64,000 bases of DNA from Pseudomonadota bacterium (GTDB lineage Bacteria; Pseudomonadota; Alphaproteobacteria; Acetobacterales; Acetobacteraceae), in assembly GCA_021815825.1 (NCBI GenBank), contig JAKAZO010000005.1, positions 5,790 to 69,789 of the forward strand, written 5' to 3'. A program made the position numbers and the translations under genes. Positions 10,761-20,979 of the stretch are shown here, piece after piece (within the stretch, counting starts at the first letter, position 1; the number at the start of each line of letters is the position of its first letter). The notes under the pieces are model-generated. The model was not told where the DNA came from. It did no database searches and saw only the letters and a list, made by a program, of their open reading frames with translations.

Positions 10761-12098
10761 TCAGTGCAGCTTCACCTCCGGCTCGGCGCGGCGCGAGAGG
10801 CCGCGCGCCATCACCCCGAGCAGCGTCCGCCAGGCGCCATACAGCGCCACCTCGTGCATGATGTAGAGGGACCGGTAGACGAGGCGCGCGAACAGCCCCT
10901 CGATGAACATGCTGCGCCCGACCAGGAACCCCATCAGGCTGCCGACGGTGCTGTAGCGCCCGAGCGAGACGAGCGAGCCGAAATCGCGATAGACGAACGG
11001 CACCACCTCCCGCCCGGCGAGACGGCGGCGGATCTGGCGCAGCATGTGCGCCGCCTGCTGGTGCGCTGCCTGGGCGCGGGGGGGAATCGGCGTCGGAAAG
11101 CCCGGGCGCGGGCAGGCGGCGCAATCGCCGATGGCGAAGATGTCGGGGTCGCGCGTCGTCTGCAACGTCTCGGTGACGACGAGCTGGTTGAGCCGGTTGG
11201 TCTCCAGCCCGCCGATCTCACGCAGCACCGCCGGCGCGCGCACGCCGGCGGCCCAGACGACGAGCTCCGAGGGAATGAAGCTGCCGTCGGCGAGGCTGAC
11301 GCCGTCGGCGCGCACCGCGCCCACCTTCGCCCCGGTGCGCACCTCGACGCCGAGTTCCACCAGCAGGCGCATGGTGGCGAGCGAGATGCGCTCGGGCAGC
11401 GCCGGCAGGATGCGGTCCGCGGCCTCGAGCAGAATGATGCGGATGTCGCGCTGCGGATCGACGCGGTCGAGGCCGTAGCCGACCACCTCGCGGATGGTCC
11501 GATGGAGCTCGGCGGCCAGCTCGGTACCGGTGGCGCCTGCACCGATGACGACGACATGGAGCTGGCCCGGCCGCACCGGCGTCTCCTGGGCGTGGGCACG
11601 GATGCAGGCATTCACCAGGCGGCGGTTGAAGCGCACCGCCTGCTCCGGCGTCTCCAGCGGCACCGCGTACTCGGCCACGCCCGGCGTGCCGAAATCGTTG
11701 GTGACGCTGCCGATGGCGACGACGAGCGTGTCGTAGCCGAAGGCGCGCTCGGAGGTGATCTGGCGCCCCTCCTCGTCATAGGCCGGAGCGACGAGAACCT
11801 CCTTGCGCACCCGGTCGATGCTGGCGAGCTCGCCGAGGCGGTAGCGAAAATGGTGCCAGTGCGCCTGGGCGAGATAGTTCAGCTCATGCTCGCCAGGATC
11901 CATGCTGCCCGCGGCGACCGCGTGCAGCAGCGGCTTCCAGAGATGGGTGCGCGCCTTTTCGATCAGCGTCACCTCGGCACCGCCGCGGCCGACACGGTCA
12001 CCGAGGCGCGTGACCAGCTCCAGCCCCGCGGCGCCGCCGCCGACCACCACGATCCGGTGGCGCCGCCCATCCGGATGCGCCAGCGCCTCACCGGTCAT
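10761..12098 (-). CDS. ndh: type II NADH dehydrogenase (NDH-2)
   Basis: RIVVVGGGAAGLE and VVVIGAGATGTELAAEL dinucleotide motifs, plus the IFAIGDCA motif. Start reset to ATG 12098. Confidence 0.8.
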   Translation of the reverse strand: MTGEALAHPDGRRHRIVVVGGGAAGLELVTRLGDRVGRGGAEVTLIEKARTHLWKPLLHAVAAGSMDPGEHELNYLAQAHWHHFRYRLGELASIDRVRKEVLVAPAYDEEGRQITSERAFGYDTLVVAIGSVTNDFGTPGVAEYAVPLETPEQAVRFNRRLVNACIRAHAQETPVRPGQLHVVVIGAGATGTELAAELHRTIREVVGYGLDRVDPQRDIRIILLEAADRILPALPERISLATMRLLVELGVEVRTGAKVGAVRADGVSLADGSFIPSELVVWAAGVRAPAVLREIGGLETNRLNQLVVTETLQTTRDPDIFAIGDCAACPRPGFPTPIPPRAQAAHQQAAHMLRQIRRRLAGREVVPFVYRDFGSLVSLGRYSTVGSLMGFLVGRSMFIEGLFARLVYRSLYIMHEVALYGAWRTLLGVMARGLSRRAEPEVKLH

Positions 12099-12166
12099 GC
12101 CTTCCCCCTGCGTCCCGCCCGGCACACCGCCAGGCAAGGCGAGTATCGAGGCAAGGTTGGGAAAAC

Positions 12167-14350
12167 TCAAATCGTTCCCAGCGCCGCCTTCACCCGCGCC
12201 GGCGTATACGGCACCGAGCGCAGCCGCACGCCGGTGGCGTCGAACACGGCGTTGGAGATCGCCGCCGGAATCACCGCCGCCGAGGGCTCGCCCGCGCCCC
12301 AGGGCTTCTCCGCCGGCCGGTCGATGAGGTCGATCACCACCTCCGGCGCCTCCGGGAAGGTCAGGATCGGGTAGCTCGCCCAGTCGAGACTGGTCACCGC
12401 GCTGCGGTCGAAGGTCAGCTCCTCCTTCAGCACGCGGCTCACGGTCTGGATGACGTTGCCCTCGATCTGGTTGCGCAGCCCGTCGGGATTGATGATCTGG
12501 CCGCAATCATGCGCGACGAAGACGCGGGCGACATGGATCGTACCGCTGGCGCGATCGACCTCGACCTCCGCGACGGCGCCGATATAGGTGCGGACGAGCT
12601 CGTATTTGACATAGGAGACGCCGCGGCCGCGCTGGACCGCGCCGGTCTGGCCTCCCGCCGGCGAGGGACGCGGTTGCCATCTGGACAGCGCCACCAGCCG
12701 CTCGATCAGCTCGAGGCCGCGCGGATCCTTGAGGTATCGCCGCCGCAGCGCGATCGGGTCGGCGCCGGCGGCGGCCGCGAGTTCGTCGAGAAAACACTCG
12801 TTCGCGTAGGTGTTCTGCATCCGCCCCGGCGTACGGATCCAGGAAGGCCGGAACGGGGTCGTCTCCAGCCGGTGGCAGACGGTGCGGATGGCGGGGAAGG
12901 CATAGGGCAGCGCCGAGTTCTGGATGATGTTGCCCGGCGCCATCGCCGTCTCGTGCGCCAGCCCGGCGAGCTCGGCCGCCACCAGCGGCACGTTGCCGGC
13001 CGCGCCCTGCGGGATGAAGAAATTCGACTGCCAGGCGGTCACGCTGCCATCTGCGTCGAGCGCGCCTGCGAGATCGATCAGCGTCGGCGGTCCCTTCGGA
13101 TCCCAGCCATGCTCGTCGGCGCGCGACCATTGCACGCGCACCGGCCGTCCCGTCTCGCGCGCCAGCAGCGCCGCATCGCCGGCGGCGTCCTCGTGGCCAT
13201 TGCGCCCGTAGCAGCCGGCGCCCTCGACATAGATGCAGCGCACGTCATCGGACTTCATGCCGAGCATGGCGGCGATCTGCTTGCGCAGCGCATGCGTCAT
13301 CTGCGACGCCGTCCACACCGTCAGCTGCCCGTCGCGCAGCTCGGCGACCGCACAGGAAGGGCCGATCGAGCCGTGCGTGTGGATCGGGAAGTCGTAGGTG
13401 GCGGCGAGGCGCTTCGCGCCCGCGGCGAGCGCGGCCGGCGCATCGCCCACATTGCTGGTGACGTCGTCCTTCACCACCTTGGTGGCGCGCACATGCTCCC
13501 AGAGCCGAGCCTGCTCCGGCAGACCGTCCCAGTCCGACCAGCGCGCCTTCAGGGCCCGCGCGGCGCGGATCGCGCCCCATTCGCTCTCGGCGACGACGGC
13601 GAGGAAATTGCCGACGCGCACGACCTTGATCATGCCGGGAATGGCCTGCACCGACGCCTCGTCGACCTCGAGCAGCGTCGCGCCGAGCGCTGGCGGGCGC
13701 ACGACGCGGGCATGGACCATGCCCTCGACGCGGACATCCTGCATGAACGTGAAGCGGCCGGTCACCTTGTCGGGAATGTCGAGCCGCGCCACCGATGTGC
13801 CGACGACGCGATAGCTGGCCGGGCTCTTGGCCGGCGCATCCTTGTCCAGCTTCAGCGCGAAGCCGCCGGCGCCGATCAGCGCGCCATAGCCGATCCCCTC
13901 GCCGCCGGCGCGCGGGCGCACCGCGCCGTCCGCGGTGAGCAGATCGGCCTCCGGCACGCCGAGGCGCGTCGCCGCGAGCCGCAGCAGCGCCGCGCGCGCC
14001 GTGGCCGCGGCACGGCGGATCTGCATGCCGCCATTCTGGATCGAGAGGCTGCCATAGGTCGGCCCCTGATCCGGGGTCAGCGCCGTGTCGCCCTCGATGA
14101 CGGTGACCCGGGCCAGCGGAACATCGAGCTCCTCGGCGGCGATCTGAGTCAGCGCGGTGCGCACCCCGGTGCCGAGATCGACCTTGCCGGAATAGACCGT
14201 CACCAGGCCCTGCGTGTCGATGGCGAGGAAGGCATCGACCTCGTCGGCGGCGACGCTCTTGGCCTCGGCGCCGCGCGGCACCAGGGTAAAGGAGACGACG
14301 AGCGCGCCGGCGGCCTGCAGCAGGCTGCGACGGGACAGCATCTGGTTCAT
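12167..14350 (-). CDS. molybdopterin-binding large subunit of a xanthine-dehydrogenase-family oxidoreductase (IorB / aldehyde oxidase type)
   Basis: Twin-arginine signal (MNQMLSRRSLLQAAGALV). Aldehyde-oxidase/xanthine-dehydrogenase a/b-hammerhead and Mo-cofactor regions are present. Start reset to ATG 14350. Confidence 0.8.
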   Translation of the reverse strand: MNQMLSRRSLLQAAGALVVSFTLVPRGAEAKSVAADEVDAFLAIDTQGLVTVYSGKVDLGTGVRTALTQIAAEELDVPLARVTVIEGDTALTPDQGPTYGSLSIQNGGMQIRRAAATARAALLRLAATRLGVPEADLLTADGAVRPRAGGEGIGYGALIGAGGFALKLDKDAPAKSPASYRVVGTSVARLDIPDKVTGRFTFMQDVRVEGMVHARVVRPPALGATLLEVDEASVQAIPGMIKVVRVGNFLAVVAESEWGAIRAARALKARWSDWDGLPEQARLWEHVRATKVVKDDVTSNVGDAPAALAAGAKRLAATYDFPIHTHGSIGPSCAVAELRDGQLTVWTASQMTHALRKQIAAMLGMKSDDVRCIYVEGAGCYGRNGHEDAAGDAALLARETGRPVRVQWSRADEHGWDPKGPPTLIDLAGALDADGSVTAWQSNFFIPQGAAGNVPLVAAELAGLAHETAMAPGNIIQNSALPYAFPAIRTVCHRLETTPFRPSWIRTPGRMQNTYANECFLDELAAAAGADPIALRRRYLKDPRGLELIERLVALSRWQPRPSPAGGQTGAVQRGRGVSYVKYELVRTYIGAVAEVEVDRASGTIHVARVFVAHDCGQIINPDGLRNQIEGNVIQTVSRVLKEELTFDRSAVTSLDWASYPILTFPEAPEVVIDLIDRPAEKPWGAGEPSAAVIPAAISNAVFDATGVRLRSVPYTPARVKAALGTI

Positions 14351-14360
14351 CGCGCCCTCC

Positions 14361-14828
14361 TCACGTCCGCGCCGCGCGCGCGACCGCGCGGATGATGCGC
14401 TGATGCGTGCCGCAGCGGCAGAGATTGTGCGCCAGGGCCGCACGAATGTCGCTCTCGCTCGGCGACGGCTGGGTTTCGAGCAGAGCCGCGGACTGCATGA
14501 TCATGCCGTTGATACAGTAGCCGCACTGCACCGCCTGCTCGTCGATGAAGGCTTGCTGGATCTTGTGCGGCCGCTCCGGCGTGCCGAGCCCTTCGAGGGT
14601 GAGCACGCTCTGCCCGGCGGACAAGGCCGAGAGCGGGGTGACGCACGCGCGCACCGGCTTGCCATCGACATGCACGGTGCAGGCACCGCACTGGCCAAGG
14701 CCGCAGCCGAAGCGCGGGCCGTGCAGGCCGAGTTCATCGCGCAGCGCATAGAGAAGCGGCATGTCGGGATCGTCGGCATGGATCTCGACCTCCCGACCGT
14801 TCACGTGCAGAGCCAGCGTGCTCGCCAT
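14361..14828 (-). CDS. (2Fe-2S)-binding small subunit of the molybdo-hydroxylase (IorA type)
   Basis: GCGLGQCGACTV and CGYCINGMI...CRCGTH cluster motifs. Start reset to ATG 14828. Confidence 0.85.
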   Translation of the reverse strand: MASTLALHVNGREVEIHADDPDMPLLYALRDELGLHGPRFGCGLGQCGACTVHVDGKPVRACVTPLSALSAGQSVLTLEGLGTPERPHKIQQAFIDEQAVQCGYCINGMIMQSAALLETQPSPSESDIRAALAHNLCRCGTHQRIIRAVARAART

Positions 14829-14899
14829 CGCATCCTCCCCCGAGACGTTTACGCGCCGAAAGCATGCGCCGCAGGTGGGGTGCGCACAAGCGGGACGGA

Positions 14900-15361
14900 C
14901 TATTCCACCCGCAGCGCGGCGGCGAGTTCGGCGGCGCCCGCCGGGTCCTCCCGCGCCGCGAGGCGGCCGGCGGCGAGGATGGCGAAGCGGTGCAGCAAGG
15001 TCCGCCGGCGCGCCGGGGCGAGCGCGTGCGGCGGCGGCGGGCGCACCAGCTCCGCCTCGCCGCCCTCGGCCAGAATCAGCCCGGCATTCTCGGGCAGCAG
15101 CGCCAGCGGGAAGTCCGGCGCCACGGCGAAGCAGAACCCGTCGCAGAACTCCCGGTAGTCGGGCCATTTCTGATCGGCGCGGAAATCCCGCTCGCCGGAC
15201 TTCACCTCGATGACGACGAAGCCGCCATCGCCGCGCAGCGCCAGCAGGTCGGCTCGCCGGCCATTGGGCAGCCGCACCTCGTGCAGCGCCGCCCAGCCGA
15301 GCCGCCCGCACAGCCTGGCGGTGGCTCGGCGAATCTGTGCCGCGACCTCCGCCGCGCTCAC
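14900..15361 (-). CDS. MmcB-family DNA repair protein (nuclease-fold)
   Basis: RADLLAL...VVIEVKS matches a PD-(D/E)xK-like core, and the C-terminal region is MmcB-like. The GTG start at 15361 overlaps the phhB stop (GTGA). Confidence 0.6.
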   Translation of the reverse strand: MSAAEVAAQIRRATARLCGRLGWAALHEVRLPNGRRADLLALRGDGGFVVIEVKSGERDFRADQKWPDYREFCDGFCFAVAPDFPLALLPENAGLILAEGGEAELVRPPPPHALAPARRRTLLHRFAILAAGRLAAREDPAGAAELAAALRVE

Positions 15362-15645
15362 GGCACCAGCCGGTCGATCGCCTGGGCGAGCGCGATATCC
15401 TTCTCCGACAGCCCGCCTGCATCGTGGGTCGTGAGCAGGATTTCGACCCGATTGTAGACATTGGACCATTCCGGGTGATGGTCCATCCGCTCGGCGAGCA
15501 GGGCGACGCGGCTCATGAAGCCCCAGGCGGCGCTGAAATCGGCGAAGCGGAAGGCGCGGCGGATGGCGTCGCGCCCTTCGGCCATCGCCCAGCCAGGCAG
15601 GGACGCGGCGAGCTGCGCGCGGGCGCCTTCGGTCAGTTTCGGCAT
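15358..15645 (-). CDS. phhB: 4a-hydroxytetrahydrobiopterin (pterin-4a-carbinolamine) dehydratase
   Basis: 95 aa. [33 protein letters not shown] is the PCD signature. Confidence 0.8.
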   Translation of the reverse strand: MPKLTEGARAQLAASLPGWAMAEGRDAIRRAFRFADFSAAWGFMSRVALLAERMDHHPEWSNVYNRVEILLTTHDAGGLSEKDIALAQAIDRLVP

Positions 15646-15708
15646 GGGTGTCTCCTCGCGCGTGAGAGATGGCTTGACCGCGACGGCGCGGCGACGGCGA
15701 ATGGGCCG

Positions 15709-16122
15709 ATGCCCGGCCCATCCTACACCGTCCCGCCCAGCGCCGACGACCTCGCCGAACTGGCCGAGCGCGCGCTCGGCGCGATTCCGGCGCGCCTCGC
15801 GCGCCACGTGAAGGATGTCGGCATCCTGGTCGAGGAGATGCCGGACGACGCGACGCTCGACGAACTCGGAATCGAGAGCGCATGGGATCTCACCGGGCTC
15901 TATCGCGGCACGCCGCTGAACCGGCGCAGCATCGACGATATCGCCCGCGCGCCGGACTTGATCCTGCTCTTCCGCGAGCCGATCCTGCTCGAATGGATCG
16001 AGACCGGCGAGGATCTGTTCCGCCTGGTCCGCAACGTGCTGGTGCACGAAATCGCCCATCATTTCGGCTTCAGCGACGCCGACATCGAGCGGCTGGAGCG
16101 GGAGATCGACGACGAGGCGTAA
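15709..16122 (+). CDS. small zinc metallopeptidase-family protein
   Basis: 137 aa with HEIAHHFG (HExxH) close to an acidic C-terminus. Confidence 0.65.
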   Translation: MPGPSYTVPPSADDLAELAERALGAIPARLARHVKDVGILVEEMPDDATLDELGIESAWDLTGLYRGTPLNRRSIDDIARAPDLILLFREPILLEWIETGEDLFRLVRNVLVHEIAHHFGFSDADIERLEREIDDEA

Positions 16123-16160
16123 ACCGCCCGTTATCCTGTCCGGCGCCAGGCTGGCGCGCC

Positions 16161-17570
16161 ATGGCCGCCCCCCTCTCCGTCCCCAACCCGCCCGATCACG
16201 CGCTCGGCCGGCTGCGGCTGTCGGAGGTGATCGCGACACTGAGCTATGCGCTGGACCTGACCGAGGGCCAGCCGCGCGGCCATTGCCTGCGCTGCGCCTG
16301 GATCGGCACGCAGATCGGCCGGCGGATTGGACTCGGTCCACAGGCCCTCTCCGACCTCTATTACGCGCTGCTGCTCAAGGATTCCGGCTGCAGCAGCAAT
16401 GCCAGCCGCCTGTTCGAGCTGTATGGCGGCGATGAGTTGGTGGTGAAGCAGCGCTTCAAGCGTGTCGATACCGAGAGCTACGGCCAGCTCGCCCGCTTCG
16501 TGCTGCGCCATGCCGGCCCGGGCGAGGCGCTGACGGCGCGCGCCAAGCGCTTCCTCGACATCGCCCGCCATGGCGGCGTGTATGCCGGGGAGCTGATCCG
16601 CACGCGATGCGAGCGCGGCGCCGACATCGTTCGCCGCCTCGGCTTCCCGCCGGCCGTGGCCGCCGGCGTCCACTCGCTCGATGAGCACTGGAACGGCAAG
16701 GGCCGTCCGGAAGGCCTGATCGGGGACGCGATCCCGCTCGCCGCGCGCATCGCGCTGCTGGCGCAGGTGGCGGACGTCTTCCACGCCGTCGGCGGTCCCA
16801 CCGCCGCCTGTCGGGAGGCGCGGCGACGCGCCGGCACCTGGTTCGACCCGCGCCTGGTGGCAGTGCTTCTCGATCTCGCCGGCGAGGACTGGTTCTGGGC
16901 CGGGCTCGACGAGGATGGGCTGGACGTGCGCATCGCCGGCCTCGAGCCGCTGGCCCGCGTCATCACCATCGACGAGGATCAGCTCGACGCCATCACCGAG
17001 GCCTTCGCCGACGTCATCGACGCCAAGAGCTCCTTCACCAGCGGCCATAGCCGCCGCGTCGCCTCGTATGCCGAGGCGATCGCGGCGATGCTGCAATTCC
17101 CCCGCTCGCGCCGCCGCTGGCTGCGCCGCGCCGGCCTGCTGCACGATATCGGTAAGCTCGGGGTGAGCAACGCCGTCCTCGACAAGCCCGGACGGCTGGA
17201 CGAGGGTGAATGGGCCGCGATGCGCCGGCACGCCGCGCTGACCGAGGAGATCCTCAGCCGTCTCAGCGTGTTCCGCGACATGGCCGCGATCGCCGCAGCA
17301 CACCACGAGCGCCTGGACGGGAACGGCTACCCGAAGCGCCTCGCCGGCGCGGCCATCGCGCTGGAAACGCGCATCCTCACCACCGCGGACATCTTCGACG
17401 CGCTCAGCGCCGAACGCCCTTATCGGGCGGCGATGCCGGTCGCGGAAGCGCTGGCGATCATGGACCGGGAGCGCGGGACGGCGATCGACGGCACCTGCCT
17501 CGATGCGCTGAAGGCCTGCCTCGCCGACACGCTGCAGCCCGGCACCGAGGCCCGTCTCCTCGCGGTCTGA
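16161..17570 (+). CDS. tandem HD-GYP domain protein (degenerate N-terminal plus canonical C-terminal domain)
   Basis: The C-terminal domain has HDIGKLGV and [11 protein letters not shown]. The N-terminal domain has KDSGC and [16 protein letters not shown] in the equivalent positions. Start reset to ATG 16161. Confidence 0.75.
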   Translation: MAAPLSVPNPPDHALGRLRLSEVIATLSYALDLTEGQPRGHCLRCAWIGTQIGRRIGLGPQALSDLYYALLLKDSGCSSNASRLFELYGGDELVVKQRFKRVDTESYGQLARFVLRHAGPGEALTARAKRFLDIARHGGVYAGELIRTRCERGADIVRRLGFPPAVAAGVHSLDEHWNGKGRPEGLIGDAIPLAARIALLAQVADVFHAVGGPTAACREARRRAGTWFDPRLVAVLLDLAGEDWFWAGLDEDGLDVRIAGLEPLARVITIDEDQLDAITEAFADVIDAKSSFTSGHSRRVASYAEAIAAMLQFPRSRRRWLRRAGLLHDIGKLGVSNAVLDKPGRLDEGEWAAMRRHAALTEEILSRLSVFRDMAAIAAAHHERLDGNGYPKRLAGAAIALETRILTTADIFDALSAERPYRAAMPVAEALAIMDRERGTAIDGTCLDALKACLADTLQPGTEARLLAV

Positions 17571-17741
17571 TCGGCCATCCGCCGATGGCGGGGATCCCGG
17601 TGTAACCTTCCCGCCACCTGGCGCGCACCGCCGAATCATGCCGAGCATTGGCACGGTCCCGTCCGCTGATATACCCGTTGATCGGCGGCCGGGGCAGCCG
17701 TGCCTTCCACCCTTCCCACCCGCAGCCGCCGCCAGGCCAAC

Positions 17742-19157
17742 ATGGATGCCGCCCGCATGACCGCAGCACCGCAGATCGCGACGCCCCCGGGCCCGATCGT
17801 CGAACGTCTGTCCACCATGGAGTGGAACCGTTTCCACACCATCATCGTGCTGCTCTTCGGCGTCGGCTGGGCGATGGATGCCTTCGAGGTCACGCTGATC
17901 GGCAATGTCCTCGGCGCGTTGCGCGAACGCTTCCATCTCGGCGCCAACGCCATGTCGCTCATCCTCGGCGCCTGGTTCGCCGGGCTGATGCTCGGGGCGC
18001 TCGGGTTCGGCTATCTGGCCGACCGCTATGGAAGGCGGCGCATCTTCCTCGCCAGCCTCGTGCTCTACGGGGTCTCCACCCTCGCCGCCGCCTTCGCCCC
18101 CGGCCTCGGAGCCCTGCTGATCCTGCGCCTGCTCGCGGGCATCGGCGTCGGCGCCGAATATTCGGCGATCAACGCCGCCATCGCCGAGCTCGTGCCGAGC
18201 CGCGCCCGGGGCCGCGCCACCGCGCTGGTGCTGAATTTCTGGCCGATCGGCAGCCTCGCCGCCGCGCTGCTGTCCTGGCTCGTGCTCTCCGCGCTGCCAG
18301 CCGATCTCGGCTGGCGCGTCGTGTTCGGCTTCGGCGGTGTGATCGCGCTGTCCTCGGCCTGGTTCCGCCGCCATCTGCCCGAAAGCCCGCGCTGGCTGGA
18401 GGCGTCCGGCCGTGCCGGGGAGGCGCTGGCCATCGTCGATCGCATCGCCGCCGGTGTGACCAGCCCGCCGGCGGCGGACCCGGCGTCGGTCGCCCGCCGC
18501 GTGCGCCCGACGGGCGGACAGCTGAAGACCCTGCTGCGGGACTATCCGGCCCGCCTGCTGCTCGGCGCCATGCTCGATTTCGCCGAGGCATCGGGATATT
18601 ACGGGCTGTTCGCGTTCCTGCCCCTGGTGGTGCTGCCGGCGCTCAAGCTGGGACCCGCGCAGTTGCCGCTGTTCTATCTCGGCGGCAGCATCGGTGCCCT
18701 GCTCGGTGGCCTCGCCGCCTCGCTGCTGCTCGACCGCTGGGGCCGCGCTGCGACCGTCTCGCTGTTCTACTTCGCCACCGCCCTCGGCACCGTCGCCATG
18801 GCCCTCGTCACCGACCTCGGCAGCGGCGTGCTGATGCTCGGGTTCGCCCTGGTCAATCTGCTGGCCACCGGCAGCTGGATTGCCGCCTACCCGACGTTCT
18901 CGGAGCTGTTTCCGACCGCGCTGCGCGCGACCGGCATCGGCGCCAGCGTCGCCGTGGGGCGGATCGGCGCGATGATGTCGCCCTTCCTGGTCGGCTATGT
19001 CGGTGCCTGGAGCATGCGGGCCGCGCTGGTGCTGCTGGCCGGATTCTGGGTCCTCGGCGGCACGGCGATGCTGGTCTGGCGCTGGCTGGGCGGGGTCGAG
19101 GCCAGCGGGCTGGCCCTCGAGCGCATCGCCCCGGACGAGGCCGTTTCTCATGCTTGA
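17742..19157 (+). CDS. MFS transporter
   Basis: Multiple hydrophobic spans and the MFS loop motif GYLADRYGRRRIF. ATG at 17742; an alternative GTG lies at 17700. Confidence 0.8.
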   Translation: MDAARMTAAPQIATPPGPIVERLSTMEWNRFHTIIVLLFGVGWAMDAFEVTLIGNVLGALRERFHLGANAMSLILGAWFAGLMLGALGFGYLADRYGRRRIFLASLVLYGVSTLAAAFAPGLGALLILRLLAGIGVGAEYSAINAAIAELVPSRARGRATALVLNFWPIGSLAAALLSWLVLSALPADLGWRVVFGFGGVIALSSAWFRRHLPESPRWLEASGRAGEALAIVDRIAAGVTSPPAADPASVARRVRPTGGQLKTLLRDYPARLLLGAMLDFAEASGYYGLFAFLPLVVLPALKLGPAQLPLFYLGGSIGALLGGLAASLLLDRWGRAATVSLFYFATALGTVAMALVTDLGSGVLMLGFALVNLLATGSWIAAYPTFSELFPTALRATGIGASVAVGRIGAMMSPFLVGYVGAWSMRAALVLLAGFWVLGGTAMLVWRWLGGVEASGLALERIAPDEAVSHA

Positions 19158-20979
19158 TCATGCCCGGTCCGAGACCCCTGCCCCGCCGACCATCCTCGCC
19201 GACGGGCCGGTCCTGGTGTTCGGCGGCTGCTACAGCAATCTCCAGGCGACCGAGGCGCTTCTGGCCGAAGCGCGGCGGCTCCGGATTCCGCCCGAACGCA
19301 TGATCTGCACCGGCGACGTCGTCGCCTACGGCGCCGACCCGCGCGCGACGGTGGCGCTGATCCGCGCCGCCGGCCTCGCCACCGTGATGGGCAATTGCGA
19401 GGAGTCCCTGGCGCAGGAGGCCGGCGATTGCGGCTGCGGCTTCGCCCCTGGCACCGCCTGCGAGCGCCTCTCCGCCGCCTGGTTCACCTATACGTCGCAA
19501 GAGATCGATGCGGACGACCGCCGCTGGATGGCGACGCTGCCGCGGCGCATCGATCTCGTACTGGCCGGGCACCGCTTCGCCGTGGTCCATGGTGCGCCGA
19601 GCCTGATCAACCGCTTCGTCTTCGCCTCCATGCCGGACGCCGCGCTGGCCGCCGAGCTGGCGCTGGCCGGGGCGGATGGCGTGATCGGCGGGCATTGCGG
19701 CCTCCCCTTCACCCGCCGGGTCGGGGCGCGCCTGTGGCACAATTCCGGGGCGATCGGCCTGCCCGCCAATGATGGCACGCCCCGCGTCTGGTTCAGCCTG
19801 CTGACGCCGCGCGGCGCGGACATCGAGATCCGCCACTGCCCGCTCGACTACGATCACCGTGCCGCCGCCGCGGCGATGCGCTCGGCCGGGCTGCCGCCGG
19901 ACTACGCGGCGACCATGGAGAGTGGCATCTGGCCGAGCTTCGACGTGCTGCCCGCCGAGGAACAGGCCAGCACCGGGCGAGCGCTCGCCGCCGCGGCCGA
20001 ACTCTGGAGCCGGGACGCACCCGCCTTACCCGCGCCGAGGCGGGCGCGCTTCGCGAGTCCTACCACGACCGCGCCGGGCGAGCCGCACGCGCGGGTCGGG
20101 CTGGAAGGGCTGAGCACGCTCTGGTTCAACACCGGCACCCTCTGCAACATCGCCTGCACCGGCTGCTACATCGAAAGCACGCCGCGCAACGACCGGCTGG
20201 TCTATCTCGCGCGCGCGGATTTCGACCGCTTCCTGCAGGAAGCCGCCCACGCGCATCCCGAGCTCCGCGAGATCGGCTTCACCGGCGGCGAGCCGTTCAT
20301 GAACGCGGCGGTGCCGGGCATGATCGCGGCGGCGCTGGAGCACGGCTATCACGCCCTGGTGCTGACCAACGCGCTGCGCCCGATGCAGCGCCACCGCGCC
20401 GCGCTGGCGCGGCTGCACGAAGCCCATCCCGGCCGTCTCGCGCTGCGGGTCTCGCTCGATCACCACACGCCGGAAGCCCACGAACGGATCCGCGGGGCCG
20501 GCACCTTCGCCCCCGCGCTCGGCGGCATCGCCTGGCTCGTGGAGACCGGCATCCCCACGAGCATCGCCGCGCGCTTCGATGCGGGCGTGCCGGAAGCGGA
20601 GTTCCGCGCCGGCTTCGCCGCGCTGTTCCAGGCGCGCTCGCTCGCCATCGACGCGTGGGACCCGGCACAGCTCGTGCTGTTCCCCGAGCTCGACGACCCC
20701 TCGGACCCGCCCGAGATCAGCGAGACGAGCTGGCAGGCGCTGCACAGCCGGGGCCGCGAGGTGATGTGCGCGACCTCGCGCATGGTCGTCCACCGCAAGG
20801 GCGAGGCGGCGCCACGGGTCACCGCCTGCACGCTGCAACCCTACGCGCCCGGCTTCGATCTCGGCGGCAGCCTGGCCGAGGCGGCGCGCCCGGTGACCAT
20901 GAACCATCCCCATTGCGCCCGGTTCTGCGTCTTCGGCGCCGCGTCCTGCTCCCCGCGCCCGCCCGGGGACCGGCGTTGA
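19150..20979 (+). CDS. fusion protein: metallophosphoesterase-fold domain (Cys-substituted ligands) + radical SAM domain
   Basis: A single uninterrupted frame. The N-terminal part has GDVVAYG, GNCE, VVHG and GHCG. The C-terminal part has the radical SAM motif CNIACTGC and a Cys-rich tail. ATG 19150 overlaps the MFS stop. Confidence 0.7.
   Translation: MLDHARSETPAPPTILADGPVLVFGGCYSNLQATEALLAEARRLRIPPERMICTGDVVAYGADPRATVALIRAAGLATVMGNCEESLAQEAGDCGCGFAPGTACERLSAAWFTYTSQEIDADDRRWMATLPRRIDLVLAGHRFAVVHGAPSLINRFVFASMPDAALAAELALAGADGVIGGHCGLPFTRRVGARLWHNSGAIGLPANDGTPRVWFSLLTPRGADIEIRHCPLDYDHRAAAAAMRSAGLPPDYAATMESGIWPSFDVLPAEEQASTGRALAAAAELWSRDAPALPAPRRARFASPTTTAPGEPHARVGLEGLSTLWFNTGTLCNIACTGCYIESTPRNDRLVYLARADFDRFLQEAAHAHPELREIGFTGGEPFMNAAVPGMIAAALEHGYHALVLTNALRPMQRHRAALARLHEAHPGRLALRVSLDHHTPEAHERIRGAGTFAPALGGIAWLVETGIPTSIAARFDAGVPEAEFRAGFAALFQARSLAIDAWDPAQLVLFPELDDPSDPPEISETSWQALHSRGREVMCATSRMVVHRKGEAAPRVTACTLQPYAPGFDLGGSLAEAARPVTMNHPHCARFCVFGAASCSPRPPGDRR

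Noticed and set aside
16131-19151. 1006-aa minus-strand ORF, the longest in the track, antisense to the HD-GYP and MFS genes
   Set aside because: The translation is low-complexity and Arg/Gly/Ala/Pro/Asp-rich, with no recognisable motif. The opposite strand encodes two proteins with clear family signatures. This is a typical stop-codon-poor antisense frame in high-GC DNA.
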